Shown in pieces: positions 17,086-26,101 of a stretch of 37,990 nucleotides of DNA. The position numbers and the translations under genes are program-made. This stretch comes from Chloroflexota bacterium (GTDB taxonomy: Bacteria; Chloroflexota; Dehalococcoidia; Dehalococcoidales; Fen-1064): positions 11,732 to 49,721 of the forward strand of contig JAPLHG010000037.1 in assembly GCA_026389745.1 (NCBI GenBank), in the 5' to 3' direction. Each line of letters begins with the position of its first letter. Within the stretch, counting starts at the first letter, position 1. The notes beneath the pieces are model-generated. The model was not told the DNA's origin, made no database searches, and saw only the letters and a program-made list of their open reading frames with translations.

Positions 17086-18399
17086 TTGTCTATGCTCAAA
17101 AGATTGCCTGTGTATCCCGTCAATACCAGGGTCAATAGTCAGGGGCACCTGGTCATCGGCGAGTGTGATGCTGTAGAACTGGCAGATGAATTCGGCACGC
17201 CGCTGTATCTCTTTGATGAACTGAATCTACGTGCCAAATGCCGTGAGTTCAAGGAAGAGTTTGGCAAACGCTATCCCAACGTGTTGGTCATCTATGCCAG
17301 CAAAGCCTATGCTAATAATGCTCTGGAACGTATCATCAATGAAGAGGGCTTGGGGTTGGATGTCGTCTCCGAAGGTGAACTCGGAATTGCTGAATCAGCA
17401 AAATTCCCTATGGAGAAAGTCTATTTCCATGGGAACAACAAGTCACGGCGAGAATTGGAGCTGGCATTGAAATGGCATGTCGGGCGGATTGTTGTGGATA
17501 ACTTTTATGAGCTTGAAATGCTGGGGAAACTGGCTAAGGAACTAGGCATCAAGCAAGATATTTTGCTGAGAATGACACCCGGGGTTGACCCGCATACTCA
17601 CCAGTACACTTCCACAGGCTCGCTCGATAGCAAGTTCGGTTTTCCTCTGCCCTTGAAAGACGAAGCGGTTGCCCGGGCACTGAAAATCCGCAGTTTGAAT
17701 GTAGTCGGCTTGCATTTCCACATCGGCTCGCTGATTTATGAAATTGAGCCTTATGTGGAATCGGTCAAATTTATCCTGAAATTTGCCGCCGAGATGCGGA
17801 AGAAGTACAGCTTGGAATTGAAAGAACTGGATACCGGTGGGGGGTTTGCCGTGCAGTATACCATTGATAAACCCGCTCCTCCCACTGCCGCTTTTGCCGA
17901 AAAAATTACCGCCATAATCATTAAGGAATGCAAGAGGTATAGGTTGGAACTACCGAAGCTCATCATTGAACCAGGGCGGGAAATTGTAGCTCAGTCTGCA
18001 GTGGCACTTTATACCATCGGTGTTGTGAAAGAAATCCCCGGTGTGAGAACTTATGCCTCGGTGGATGGCGGGATGGCAGACAATATCCGCCCGGCGCTCT
18101 ACGGCGCCAAACTGGAGGCAGTATTAGCGAATCGCATGAGAGCGCGTGACGCCGGTAAAGTAACCATTTCCGGGAGATTCTGTGAATCCGGCGATATTTT
18201 GATTCGGGATATTCTAATGCCGAAACTGGTCGCCGGGGATATATTGGCAGTGGCAGGTGCCGGTGCTTATAGTCTGCCGGAGGCTATGAACTACAATGCT
18301 TACTGCAAGCCCCCGGTAATTCTGGTTAAGAAGGGTAAGGCGAGACTTATTCGACGACGTGAAACACTGGAAGACATCACCAGGTGCGACATCATGTAA
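17086..18399 (+). CDS. lysA: diaminopimelate decarboxylase
   Basis: 437 aa. It is a PLP-dependent Orn/DAP/Arg decarboxylase with the motifs YASKAY (PLP Lys), HFHIGS, DTGGGF and CESGD. The start is TTG 17086 or ATG 17092. Confidence 0.93.
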   Translation: MSMLKRLPVYPVNTRVNSQGHLVIGECDAVELADEFGTPLYLFDELNLRAKCREFKEEFGKRYPNVLVIYASKAYANNALERIINEEGLGLDVVSEGELGIAESAKFPMEKVYFHGNNKSRRELELALKWHVGRIVVDNFYELEMLGKLAKELGIKQDILLRMTPGVDPHTHQYTSTGSLDSKFGFPLPLKDEAVARALKIRSLNVVGLHFHIGSLIYEIEPYVESVKFILKFAAEMRKKYSLELKELDTGGGFAVQYTIDKPAPPTAAFAEKITAIIIKECKRYRLELPKLIIEPGREIVAQSAVALYTIGVVKEIPGVRTYASVDGGMADNIRPALYGAKLEAVLANRMRARDAGKVTISGRFCESGDILIRDILMPKLVAGDILAVAGAGAYSLPEAMNYNAYCKPPVILVKKGKARLIRRRETLEDITRCDIM

Positions 18400-18432
18400 A
18401 CTCTAAATGCTAAATTGTTTAGGATTTAGAGT
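18400..18432 (+). terminator. possible intrinsic terminator after lysA
   Basis: There is an imperfect hairpin actctaaat-g-ctaaa-ttg-tttag-g-atttagagt immediately after the lysA stop. It is followed by only an interrupted T tract (ttagagttt). Confidence 0.3.
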
Positions 18433-18461
18433 TTAGAGTTTGGAGATCAGGAATTAATCTT

Positions 18462-19496
18462 ATGTGGGATATAATTGGGCAGGAGAGAGCGGTTTTCCTG
18501 TTTCAGCGTAGTCTGGAGCGTGGCTCTTTGGCTCATGCCTATCTTCTGGTAGGACCGCCACACATCGGCAAGATGACACTGGCGTTGAACATAGCTCAGG
18601 CTTTGAATTGTGAATCATCCGAACCCCCCTGTGGTAAGTGCACGGTCTGCAAGAGAATTGCCTCTGTCAAACATTCGGATGTTCAAGTCCTGGAACTCTC
18701 CCGGGTTGCAGAGTCAGACGAAGGCGAAAGTAAGACTAAGATAGGCGTGGAGCAGGTTGACCAGATTCTGCATTCGGTCAATTTAGCGCCATTTGAAGGG
18801 CGATACAGAGTATTTATCATTGACGGTGTGGAATATATGTCGATTGCTGCCGCTAACCGTCTGCTCAAGACTATTGAGGAGCCAGTGGGCAAGGTCGTCT
18901 TTATTTTGTTGACGGCGAATGAGAGCTTGGTACCAGCAACTGTGGTATCACGGTGTCAGCGAATTGAACTTTTGTCTGTATCCAATGAGGAGATAGAGGA
19001 AGCGCTGAGCAATCGCTGGCAAATTGAGCCGCAGAAGGCAAAGTTGCTTGTCCGACTTTCCAATGGTTGTTTCGGGTGGGTAGTTTCGGCAATTGCCGAT
19101 GATTCATTGATTCAACAAAGAACTGAATGGCTTGATGGGTGGCGTGAAATGTTCGATGCCGATTTTGACCGGCGTTTTGCCTTTGCTGCTAAAATGGTGG
19201 AAAAGTACAGTCAGAACAGGGAAGTGGTTCAGCAAAAGCTGGACCTCTTACTAAGTTGGTGGCGGGATTTATTGCTGGTCAAGGTTGATTGTGGGAAAGA
19301 TGTGACGAGTGTTGATTTTGAAGATGCGCTGAAAGAGATGGCGATTGGTTATAGTCTGTCGCAAATACGGGCTTTTGTTGGTAGGATTCAATCGGCTAAA
19401 GAGCAGCTAAGATTAAATGCTAACCCGCAATTGGTAGTGGAAGTGCTGATGCTGAATATTCCGGAAAAGAGTAAAGTGGAAAATCCAATAGCATAG
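18462..19496 (+). CDS. holB: DNA polymerase III subunit delta'
   Basis: 344 aa with AHAYLLVGPPHIGK, a zinc module CGKCTVCKR, and the clamp-loader SRC-type VSRCQ. It is followed by a PSP1 gene, as in Bacillus (holB-yaaT). Confidence 0.85.
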   Translation: MWDIIGQERAVFLFQRSLERGSLAHAYLLVGPPHIGKMTLALNIAQALNCESSEPPCGKCTVCKRIASVKHSDVQVLELSRVAESDEGESKTKIGVEQVDQILHSVNLAPFEGRYRVFIIDGVEYMSIAAANRLLKTIEEPVGKVVFILLTANESLVPATVVSRCQRIELLSVSNEEIEEALSNRWQIEPQKAKLLVRLSNGCFGWVVSAIADDSLIQQRTEWLDGWREMFDADFDRRFAFAAKMVEKYSQNREVVQQKLDLLLSWWRDLLLVKVDCGKDVTSVDFEDALKEMAIGYSLSQIRAFVGRIQSAKEQLRLNANPQLVVEVLMLNIPEKSKVENPIA

Positions 19497-19508
19497 TTGA
19501 GGTGGTTT

Positions 19509-20498
19509 ATGGAAGAGCAAAACACCAATAGTACAAATAGTACAGGTGGAAATACAGAAAACACAGTGAGTGTACCACCCCCAGTAAGTGCACCTCCTGG
19601 CGGTGTCAAAATTGTCGGGGTACGGTTCAAGAGGGTTGGTAGAATCTACTATTTTGACCCGGCAGGACTGGAACTCGAATTAAATGATTGGGTAGTAGTA
19701 GAAACAGCCAGAGGGTTAGAGGTAGCGCATGTGGCGATAGCTCCCAAGCAGATTCTGGCGAGTGAAGTAGAAATGCCACTAAAAACCGTAGTGCGTAAAG
19801 CTGAACCAGCGGAAGTGCAGCATAGTGAAGAAATGGAGGTGAAGGGGAAAGAAACTCTGGTAGAGTGTGACAAAATGGTTACCCGCCTTAACCTTCCGAT
19901 GAAACTGCTGTCAGCAGAGTACAGTCTGGATGGCGGGCATCTCACCTTCTTTTTCAGTGCCGCCGAGAGAGTTGATTTTCGCGAACTGGTGCGGGCACTC
20001 GCCGGACGTTTCAAGGTGAGAGTGGAATTGAGGCAGGTTGGCGCCAGGGATGAAGCCAAGATATGCGGTGGTTATGGGCGATGTGGACGCCAGTTGTGTT
20101 GTGCTAGCTTCTTATCAGAATTTGGCCCCATTTCTATCAAGATGGCAAAGGAGCAGGATTTACCGCTCAATCCCATGAAGATATCTGGTGTCTGCGGCCG
20201 CCTGCTCTGCTGTCTGGCTTATGAGCATGCTTTCTACCGTGAAATGAAAGGTAAAATGCCTAAGGATGGGCAAATAGTTACCACGCCAATGGGTACGGCG
20301 CGTGTGGTAGGAAACAATTCGTTGAAAGGGACAGTCGTGGTAGAACTGGAGAGTCAGGTTACGGTGGAATTACCCCTTGGTGATGTCAAGATTTCAGATC
20401 TACCGGTGGTTAACAAGGTGGAAAATAATAACAATGGCAAAGAGCCTGAGGGATTGAAAGAAAACGGCATCGCAGAGGAAGAGAAGGGGAAGTCATAA
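19509..20498 (+). CDS. ricT: PSP1-domain protein (RicT/YaaT-like)
   Basis: Contains the conserved Cys blocks GGYGRCGRQLCCASF and GVCGRLLCCLAYE. ATG 19509 is preceded by GAGGTGG. It has a low-complexity N-terminus (NTNSTNSTGGNTENT) and an acidic C-terminal tail. Confidence 0.85.
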   Translation: MEEQNTNSTNSTGGNTENTVSVPPPVSAPPGGVKIVGVRFKRVGRIYYFDPAGLELELNDWVVVETARGLEVAHVAIAPKQILASEVEMPLKTVVRKAEPAEVQHSEEMEVKGKETLVECDKMVTRLNLPMKLLSAEYSLDGGHLTFFFSAAERVDFRELVRALAGRFKVRVELRQVGARDEAKICGGYGRCGRQLCCASFLSEFGPISIKMAKEQDLPLNPMKISGVCGRLLCCLAYEHAFYREMKGKMPKDGQIVTTPMGTARVVGNNSLKGTVVVELESQVTVELPLGDVKISDLPVVNKVENNNNGKEPEGLKENGIAEEEKGKS

Positions 20499-20520
20499 TC
20501 TTAATCTCTAAATACGAAAC

Positions 20521-20561
20521 AAATTCAAATATTAGATTTGAAAATTTGAATTTCATGTTTT
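20521..20561. terminator. AT-rich hairpin between convergent genes, possible bidirectional terminator
   Basis: The 10-bp stem aaattcaaat (20521-20530) pairs with atttgaattt (20544-20553). A T5 run at 20557-20561 follows on the + strand and a T-rich tract follows on the - strand. A second small hairpin tgttcg/cgaaca lies at 20570-20588. Confidence 0.35.
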
Positions 20562-20591
20562 TCAGAATTTGTTCGCCTGTGACGAACAGGT

Positions 20592-21101
20592 TTAATGCGG
20601 GAAGTATCTTTCCCATTCCCGGCGCAATTTCAGATATTGGACGGGGATGTAGGAATAGCGGTTGGCGTGCGGCGGGCCTGGCGTCTTGTGCAATTTCATT
20701 TTGGCTTCCTCGGGGGTTCTGCCGGCTTTACGACGGTTACAGGAAGCGCAGGCGCTGACCACATTCTCCCAGGTATGTTGCCCCCCGCGATAGCGGGGAA
20801 TAATGTGGTCGAGTGTTAGTTGTCGGGTCTGTTTGCCACAGTACTGGCAGGCGTACTGATCGCGATTGAAAATTTCGGCGCGGCTCAATTTCCTCGCAGT
20901 GTGGAAAGGGCGCTTGATGAGGTAGGGGAGGCGGATGACGGACGGAATAGGTACCGCTCGAGTGACAGTATACACAAACCCATAGCCATTTTCTAACATC
21001 TCAGCCTTACTCTGGTAAATCAAAACAAGGGCTCGGCGGAGATGGCAGATATTCAATGGTTCGTAGTTCTGGTTCAGCACCAGGACAGTGTGGTTTAGCA
21101 T
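20592..21101 (-). CDS. HNH endonuclease family protein
   Basis: 169 aa with CQYCG ... LTLDHIIPRYRGGQHTWENVVSACASCNRRK (an HNH ββα-metal motif with two CxxC pairs). It is preceded by a conserved-looking ~75-aa N-terminal domain (VLVLNQNYEPLNICHLRRAL). Confidence 0.8.
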   Translation of the reverse strand: MLNHTVLVLNQNYEPLNICHLRRALVLIYQSKAEMLENGYGFVYTVTRAVPIPSVIRLPYLIKRPFHTARKLSRAEIFNRDQYACQYCGKQTRQLTLDHIIPRYRGGQHTWENVVSACASCNRRKAGRTPEEAKMKLHKTPGPPHANRYSYIPVQYLKLRREWERYFPH

Positions 21102-21187
21102 CTCGAATTTTCTCGCTTCAGTAAAACCAGCTTATTTTACTCCAGAAATTGCCAGCGACGCAAATTTCGTCTGCAACTGGTGAGTTA

Positions 21188-22588
21188 TTAGCCTTTTCGC
21201 GAGGAGCGGGGGGTTCTTTTTTGAGCAGGCCGGTCGCTGCGATAGTCAGGCGCCATGATATTAAAAAGAACACTAATCTTCGGGTCAACCAGCCTGGAAC
21301 TGATACGATTTTCAATCTCGTCCAATGAACAGGAGGTTGTAATGACTGTTGCCAAACGGGCATTGTAGCGGTGATTGATGACCTGATAGAGTTTCTCCTG
21401 TGCCCATGGTGTGTCAGCTTGCTCGCCGAAGTCGTCCAGCACCAGTAGCTCAGTGCTGCGGACACTTTCAAACAACTGGTCGTAAGAAATCTTGCTATCC
21501 GGACTGAACGTGGAGCGCAGGTGGTCTAGGAAGTCAGGCACCACGATAAATAAGGCGGGTCTGCCGAGCTTGTAACGATAGTTGACAATTGCCGCTGCCA
21601 GATGGGTTTTACCACAACCATTGACTCCGGCGAATACTAACCAGCCATCGGGTGATTTAGCAAAATCCAGCGCCAGATTATATGCCGCTTCAAGATTCTG
21701 GCGTTGCTCAAGTTGTAAATTGACCCGTTTCCAATCAAAGTTTTCGAAGGACATATTTTTCTGGAGTTCAAACCATGGTGCCCAACTACAAGAGTATAAA
21801 GCCGATGGTTTGCCGCCGATAGTGTAGATTTGGCAGAAGTCGGTATTCGTCAGTCGGCTGCGTACCCTGTCTTCCAGTTCTTCGATAGGAGCGAGCGAGA
21901 CGATAACCGTCGGCAGTTGGTTACTGTAACGGTGGTTGAGTAACTGGTCCAATTTTTCCTTTGCCCATGGAGTACCGGATTGAGCACCAAGGTCATCCAG
22001 AATAAGAAGCGGCGCATTCCGCACCTGTTCAAAGAACTCATCGTAGGGAAGTTCAGTGTTCGAGTTAAAGCTGTTGCGGAGATTGTCCAGCAAGTCAGGG
22101 GTTGAATAAAATAAAACGGGGGATTTTCCTTCAATACATTCATTAGCAATTGCTGCCGCCAGATGAGTCTTACCACAGCCAGAGGGACCCGTAATAACCA
22201 GCCAGTCTTTCGGTTGTTTGGCAAATGCTCTCGCCGCTTTGTAAATGCGGCGGAACTGTTCCTGACTGGCAGTCTCTTTAATCCTGCCTTCAGGACTTAG
22301 ATTATCAAAAGTGAAACGTGCCAGAGCACCGAGATTACTGTACTTTTGAAGTCGCGACTGACGTTTGGTATTGGATACCTTCTCAACACAACTACACGGC
22401 ACAATCCGGCCGTAATCGGGTTTACCCGGAGCCAGCAATGGGTGTACGAACTTGGCTCCTTTACAAACTGGGCAAATCTCTTCAATCACTGGCTGTACAT
22501 TTTCAGCGTCTGACGATGTGTCCATATTTGCCTTTGATGTATTTGTCCGGGTCTGTTTTTTTAAAATCTCTGAGATGTGTTCCATCAC
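21188..22588 (-). CDS. DnaC/DnaI-like helicase-loader ATPase with N-terminal zinc ribbon and two tandem AAA+ modules
   Basis: The zinc ribbon is CPVCKG...VPCSC (aa 39-67). Module 1 has GPSGCGKTHLAAAI (Walker A), LLILDDLG (Walker B), NHRY and RVRSRL. Module 2 has GVNGCGKTHLAAAI, LLVLDDFG, NHRY and RISSRL. The start is uncertain (GTG 22588, ATG 22585 or ATG 22525), and every option overlaps the end of the upstream gene. Confidence 0.8.
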   Translation of the reverse strand: MMEHISEILKKQTRTNTSKANMDTSSDAENVQPVIEEICPVCKGAKFVHPLLAPGKPDYGRIVPCSCVEKVSNTKRQSRLQKYSNLGALARFTFDNLSPEGRIKETASQEQFRRIYKAARAFAKQPKDWLVITGPSGCGKTHLAAAIANECIEGKSPVLFYSTPDLLDNLRNSFNSNTELPYDEFFEQVRNAPLLILDDLGAQSGTPWAKEKLDQLLNHRYSNQLPTVIVSLAPIEELEDRVRSRLTNTDFCQIYTIGGKPSALYSCSWAPWFELQKNMSFENFDWKRVNLQLEQRQNLEAAYNLALDFAKSPDGWLVFAGVNGCGKTHLAAAIVNYRYKLGRPALFIVVPDFLDHLRSTFSPDSKISYDQLFESVRSTELLVLDDFGEQADTPWAQEKLYQVINHRYNARLATVITTSCSLDEIENRISSRLVDPKISVLFNIMAPDYRSDRPAQKRTPRSSRKG

Positions 22589-23216
22589 TTCTACCTTCAG
22601 TTGCCCAGCGTTCTAATATGGCTGAAATATATCTCCAGTTTCGCTTGCCAGCGTTGACTGCTTCTTTGATGGCATCTTTAATCCATATTTCAGGATAGTT
22701 TTTTTCGGCATCCCGCAGTTCTTCAGCAATCATCGGCGTCAGCAAACCGATATTTTCTTCGTACAAGGCAAAGATATTCGGTTGTTTTTCAGTAATGATT
22801 TCGGGAGTGGGCTTCGCTTCCAATCCAGGGAGGCGGATTTCGCCATTCCGTATTTTTATTATCGCTTCTCTATTGGCTTCATTGTTTAGTAGGTAAATAT
22901 CTTCAGTGGTTCCGTCCCTTCCCGCGGCGAGGTGAAGTATAGTTCCTCGCTGAGTAGCCATAGTCAGAGCTTGGCGGAGCGTCTCGTCAGGGTGTTTGCT
23001 GGTTTCGCTGAGACTGGCCATCAGACTGTTGTCACTTGCCAGTTCACGGTAGGTGCTGAAATGTGAGTGCCCCTTTTTGTGATAGAGAATTTGGAAGATG
23101 TGAAGGGTCAACTTCAGTTCAGTAATATCGGTTATCTCTGTGAGGAGATTGCTGATGAAGATATTAGGTACCGGGGTAAACTCCATTCTGATTGGGAAAC
23201 CACTGAACTGACTCAT
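22503..23216 (-). CDS. DnaD-domain replication initiation / helicase loading protein
   Basis: 237 aa. The C-terminal block NIFALYEENIGLLTPMIAEELRDAEKNYPEIWIKDAIKEAVNAGKRNWRYISAILERW is the DnaD/DnaB_2 domain signature. Its ATG overlaps the dnaB stop (ATGA at 23213-23216). Confidence 0.7.
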   Translation of the reverse strand: MSQFSGFPIRMEFTPVPNIFISNLLTEITDITELKLTLHIFQILYHKKGHSHFSTYRELASDNSLMASLSETSKHPDETLRQALTMATQRGTILHLAAGRDGTTEDIYLLNNEANREAIIKIRNGEIRLPGLEAKPTPEIITEKQPNIFALYEENIGLLTPMIAEELRDAEKNYPEIWIKDAIKEAVNAGKRNWRYISAILERWATEGRSDGTHLRDFKKTDPDKYIKGKYGHIVRR

Positions 23217-24586
23217 ATCAGACTTTGTTCCTGACTGGCGATATTCTCGAATCTATAATATTTCGGAGTGAAGTGAATGCTGACTTCGCCGGTGGGGCCA
23301 TTGCGGTGTTTGGCGATGTGAATATTGGCAATGCCTTCAGGATATTCTCTATCAGGATATTGTGCTTCCCATTTCTCTCTGGTGGGGTAGTAGTAATCCT
23401 GTCGGTAGATGAATATGACCACATCGGCATCTTGCTCAATGCTGCCGCTGTCCCTCAGGTCCGAAAGCAGAGGCTGACGGTCCTGCCTGGTTTCGGCGGC
23501 ACGACTCAATTGTGAGACGGCGATGACCGGCACTTGCAAATCACGCGCTAGAGCCTTCAGGTTGCGGGTAATATAACTGATTTCCTGCACGCGGTTATCC
23601 ATCCTGGTATCAGCGTCAATCAATCCCAGATGGTCAATAATGATGAGATTGACATTCTGTTCGTAGAGAAGGCGGCGTGCTTTACTACGTATTTCGGAGA
23701 TGCGCAGTTTTGGAGAATCGTCGATATAAATTTTTGTCTCTGAGAGAGTCCCGATGGCGTTCAGAATTTTTCTTTCATCCATTTCCGAATGCATACCGAG
23801 CCTGACCTGAGATGAAAAGACATTGGCTTCGCTGGAGATGAGTCTCGTGACCAGTTCCTCTCCAGACATTTCCAGACTGAAGATTGCCACGCAGGCGTTC
23901 TGTTCGATAGATGCATTGCGGGCGATATTGAGGGCGAAGGAGGTTTTGCCCATACCGGGACGGCCAGCAACAATTACCAGGTCGGAACGCTGAAAACCGC
24001 CGGTGATGTTATCTATAGCATTAAAACCTGACATCACTTTGGGAAGGGGGCCTATGTGACCATCCTCCGTGCCGGGATGTGGCTCAAAATATAAGTCCAA
24101 CACCTGACGGACATGCAGGAAATCACGCGTGCCTCTGGTCTGGCTCAGTCTTAGAAGGATGTCTTCTGCCTTGCTGATACTGCCACGCGGGTCAGGGTCT
24201 GCCTGGTAACCGATGGTGCTGATTTGCTGACCAGCGCTAATGAGATGACGGCTAATTGAGAGACGGTAAACAATCTGAGCGTATTCTTGAATATCTAGTG
24301 GTGTCGGAACGACAGAGATTAGATGTGACAGGTAGGCAACCCCGCCGCATTGCTCCAGTTTGCCCTGACGGTCTAATTCCTGAGCGACTGTTATCTGGTT
24401 GATTGATTCACTGCGTAGATAGAGGTTTAAACAGGCTTCATAGAGCCACTGGTGTGGCTCGTGGTAGAAATCAGCTTTCTGGAGGAAGGTGGCAATCTCG
24501 TATATTGCTGCCCCGTCAATCAGGAGTGAGCCAACGACTGCTTCCTCAGCAGAAATATCATGTGGTGGGAGTTTATCGTTATACAC
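23213..24586 (-). CDS. dnaB: replicative DNA helicase
   Basis: 457 aa with the N-terminus PPHDISAEEAVVGSLL, Walker A GRPGMGKTSFALN, Walker B IIIDHLGL, and SQLSR. GTG start with an AGGAG RBS. It lies directly downstream of rplI, as is canonical. Confidence 0.95.
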   Translation of the reverse strand: MYNDKLPPHDISAEEAVVGSLLIDGAAIYEIATFLQKADFYHEPHQWLYEACLNLYLRSESINQITVAQELDRQGKLEQCGGVAYLSHLISVVPTPLDIQEYAQIVYRLSISRHLISAGQQISTIGYQADPDPRGSISKAEDILLRLSQTRGTRDFLHVRQVLDLYFEPHPGTEDGHIGPLPKVMSGFNAIDNITGGFQRSDLVIVAGRPGMGKTSFALNIARNASIEQNACVAIFSLEMSGEELVTRLISSEANVFSSQVRLGMHSEMDERKILNAIGTLSETKIYIDDSPKLRISEIRSKARRLLYEQNVNLIIIDHLGLIDADTRMDNRVQEISYITRNLKALARDLQVPVIAVSQLSRAAETRQDRQPLLSDLRDSGSIEQDADVVIFIYRQDYYYPTREKWEAQYPDREYPEGIANIHIAKHRNGPTGEVSIHFTPKYYRFENIASQEQSLI

Positions 24587-24633
24587 GATTTTTGCTCCTA
24601 ATAATAGAGCCGCTGGTTGCTCAATAAAAACAA

Positions 24634-25092
24634 TTAAGCGGTCTGTTCCTCAGCGACTACTGTTACCTTGATTTTAGTGGCGATGTCTTTACCAAGTTTG
24701 ATGGGCACTTCGTAACTGCCAGTCTGCCTGATTGGCCCGGTCAATTCAATCTTTCTCTTGTCAACCACAGCACCGAGGGTACTTTCCAAACTGGCAGTGA
24801 TGTCAGCCGAAGTGATGCTACCATAGAGATGCTCTTGTTGTCCAACCCGGGCTTTGATGATAATCTCTTTGCCTTCCAGTTCAGCGGCTAAGGCTTTCAT
24901 TTCAATCTCGGTCTTGGCGGCAATACGTGCCCTTGCTTTAATCTGCGCCTCTACGGCTTTTATATCTTGTGGTCTAGCAGGCATGGCTAGTTTGTGTGGT
25001 ATCAGAAAGTTTTTGCCGTAGCCATCGGCAACCTCTTTGATTTGGCCTGCTTTACCAACATTGGATACGTCTTCCAGGAAAATAACCTTCAT
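24634..25092 (-). CDS. rplI: 50S ribosomal protein L9
   Basis: 152 aa with the N-terminus MKVIFLEDVSNVGKAGQIKEVADGYGKNFLIP. Confidence 0.95.
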   Translation of the reverse strand: MKVIFLEDVSNVGKAGQIKEVADGYGKNFLIPHKLAMPARPQDIKAVEAQIKARARIAAKTEIEMKALAAELEGKEIIIKARVGQQEHLYGSITSADITASLESTLGAVVDKRKIELTGPIRQTGSYEVPIKLGKDIATKIKVTVVAEEQTA

Positions 25093-25143
25093 GATTTCTC
25101 CTTCCCAGTAATTATACTTTACCCGTCAATGAAGTGAAATACA

Positions 25144-26073
25144 CTACCCCGCACCCTCGGTTAAATATTTCTGGGCATAAATGGCGGCGGTAGCACCGTC
25201 ACCGGCGGCGGTGATTGCCTGACCGGCAGAATTATGGCGTATATCGCCGGCGGCTAAAATACCCGGTACCGGCGTTTCCATGTTTTCGTTGGTAATGATA
25301 CGAGCGAATTCATCTAGAGGTAGGATTTGCTTTACATAATCTGTGTCCGGCTGTGACCCGATAGATATGAAAACCCCGCTTACCTCCAGAATTGAACTCT
25401 TGCCAGTCTCTACGTTTGAGAGCTTGATTCTCTGTACCATATCCGTACCTTCGATTGCTGAAATGGTGGTATTCCAGAGGAAGTCTATTTTCGGTTCAGA
25501 AAAGGCTTTCTCCTGAAGAATACGAGTGGCACGGAGTTGACGACGTCGATGTATGACTGTGACTCTGGAGGCGAATTTCACAAGGTGCAGTGCCTCAGTG
25601 ACAGCGGTATCGCCTCCACCGACCACTGCCACTGGTTGATTGTGGAAAAAGGCACCATCACAGACGGCACAGTAAGACACTCCCTTACCAATCAGTTTAT
25701 CTTCTCCTGGAACGCCCAGCCTATTACGTTTTGCTCCACCAGCCAGAATTATCGTCTTGCCGGTGAAATCGCCATCGGTAGTTTTAACGATTTTCAGGGC
25801 TCCTTGAATCTTCAGTCCGGTGGCTTCGGCGAAAATGGTTTTTAGACCGTATTTGGTCGCCTGTGCTTGCATACGCTCGCCGAGTTCCAGCCCGCTGATT
25901 CCTTGATGGAAGCCGGGGAAATTTTCCACATGTTCGGCATAGGTTATCTGCCCACCAAAGAGCCCTTTTTCAATCAGGAGGCTATTGAGTCCTGCCCTGG
26001 AAGTATAGAGCCCGGTAGTCAGTCCGGCAGGTCCGCCTCCGATAATGATGACCTCGTAAACATTTTCGCTCAA
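25144..26073 (-). CDS. trxB: thioredoxin-disulfide reductase
   Basis: 309 aa with IIGGGPAG, the redox motif CAVCDG, VVGGGDTA and AAGD. Confidence 0.93.
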   Translation of the reverse strand: MSENVYEVIIIGGGPAGLTTGLYTSRAGLNSLLIEKGLFGGQITYAEHVENFPGFHQGISGLELGERMQAQATKYGLKTIFAEATGLKIQGALKIVKTTDGDFTGKTIILAGGAKRNRLGVPGEDKLIGKGVSYCAVCDGAFFHNQPVAVVGGGDTAVTEALHLVKFASRVTVIHRRRQLRATRILQEKAFSEPKIDFLWNTTISAIEGTDMVQRIKLSNVETGKSSILEVSGVFISIGSQPDTDYVKQILPLDEFARIITNENMETPVPGILAAGDIRHNSAGQAITAAGDGATAAIYAQKYLTEGAG

Positions 26074-26101
26074 TGGTTTTGTACCCCGGTTTCTGTTGAC
26101 T

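Noticed and set aside
21118-22698. Out-of-frame ORFs inside or around the loader gene (21118-21471, 21582-21827, 21850-22224, 22297-22485, 22318-22698)
   Set aside because: All overlap the two-module AAA+ ORF or the dnaD-like ORF in other frames and lack motifs.
20592-24586. dnaB-dnaD-dnaC-like-HNH as a prophage, plasmid or defence module
   Set aside because: The helicase gene sits in the canonical chromosomal position directly after rplI. There is no integrase, repressor, structural gene or flanking direct repeat, and the neighbours are core genes (trxB, plsX, holB). A chromosomal replication role is the simpler reading.
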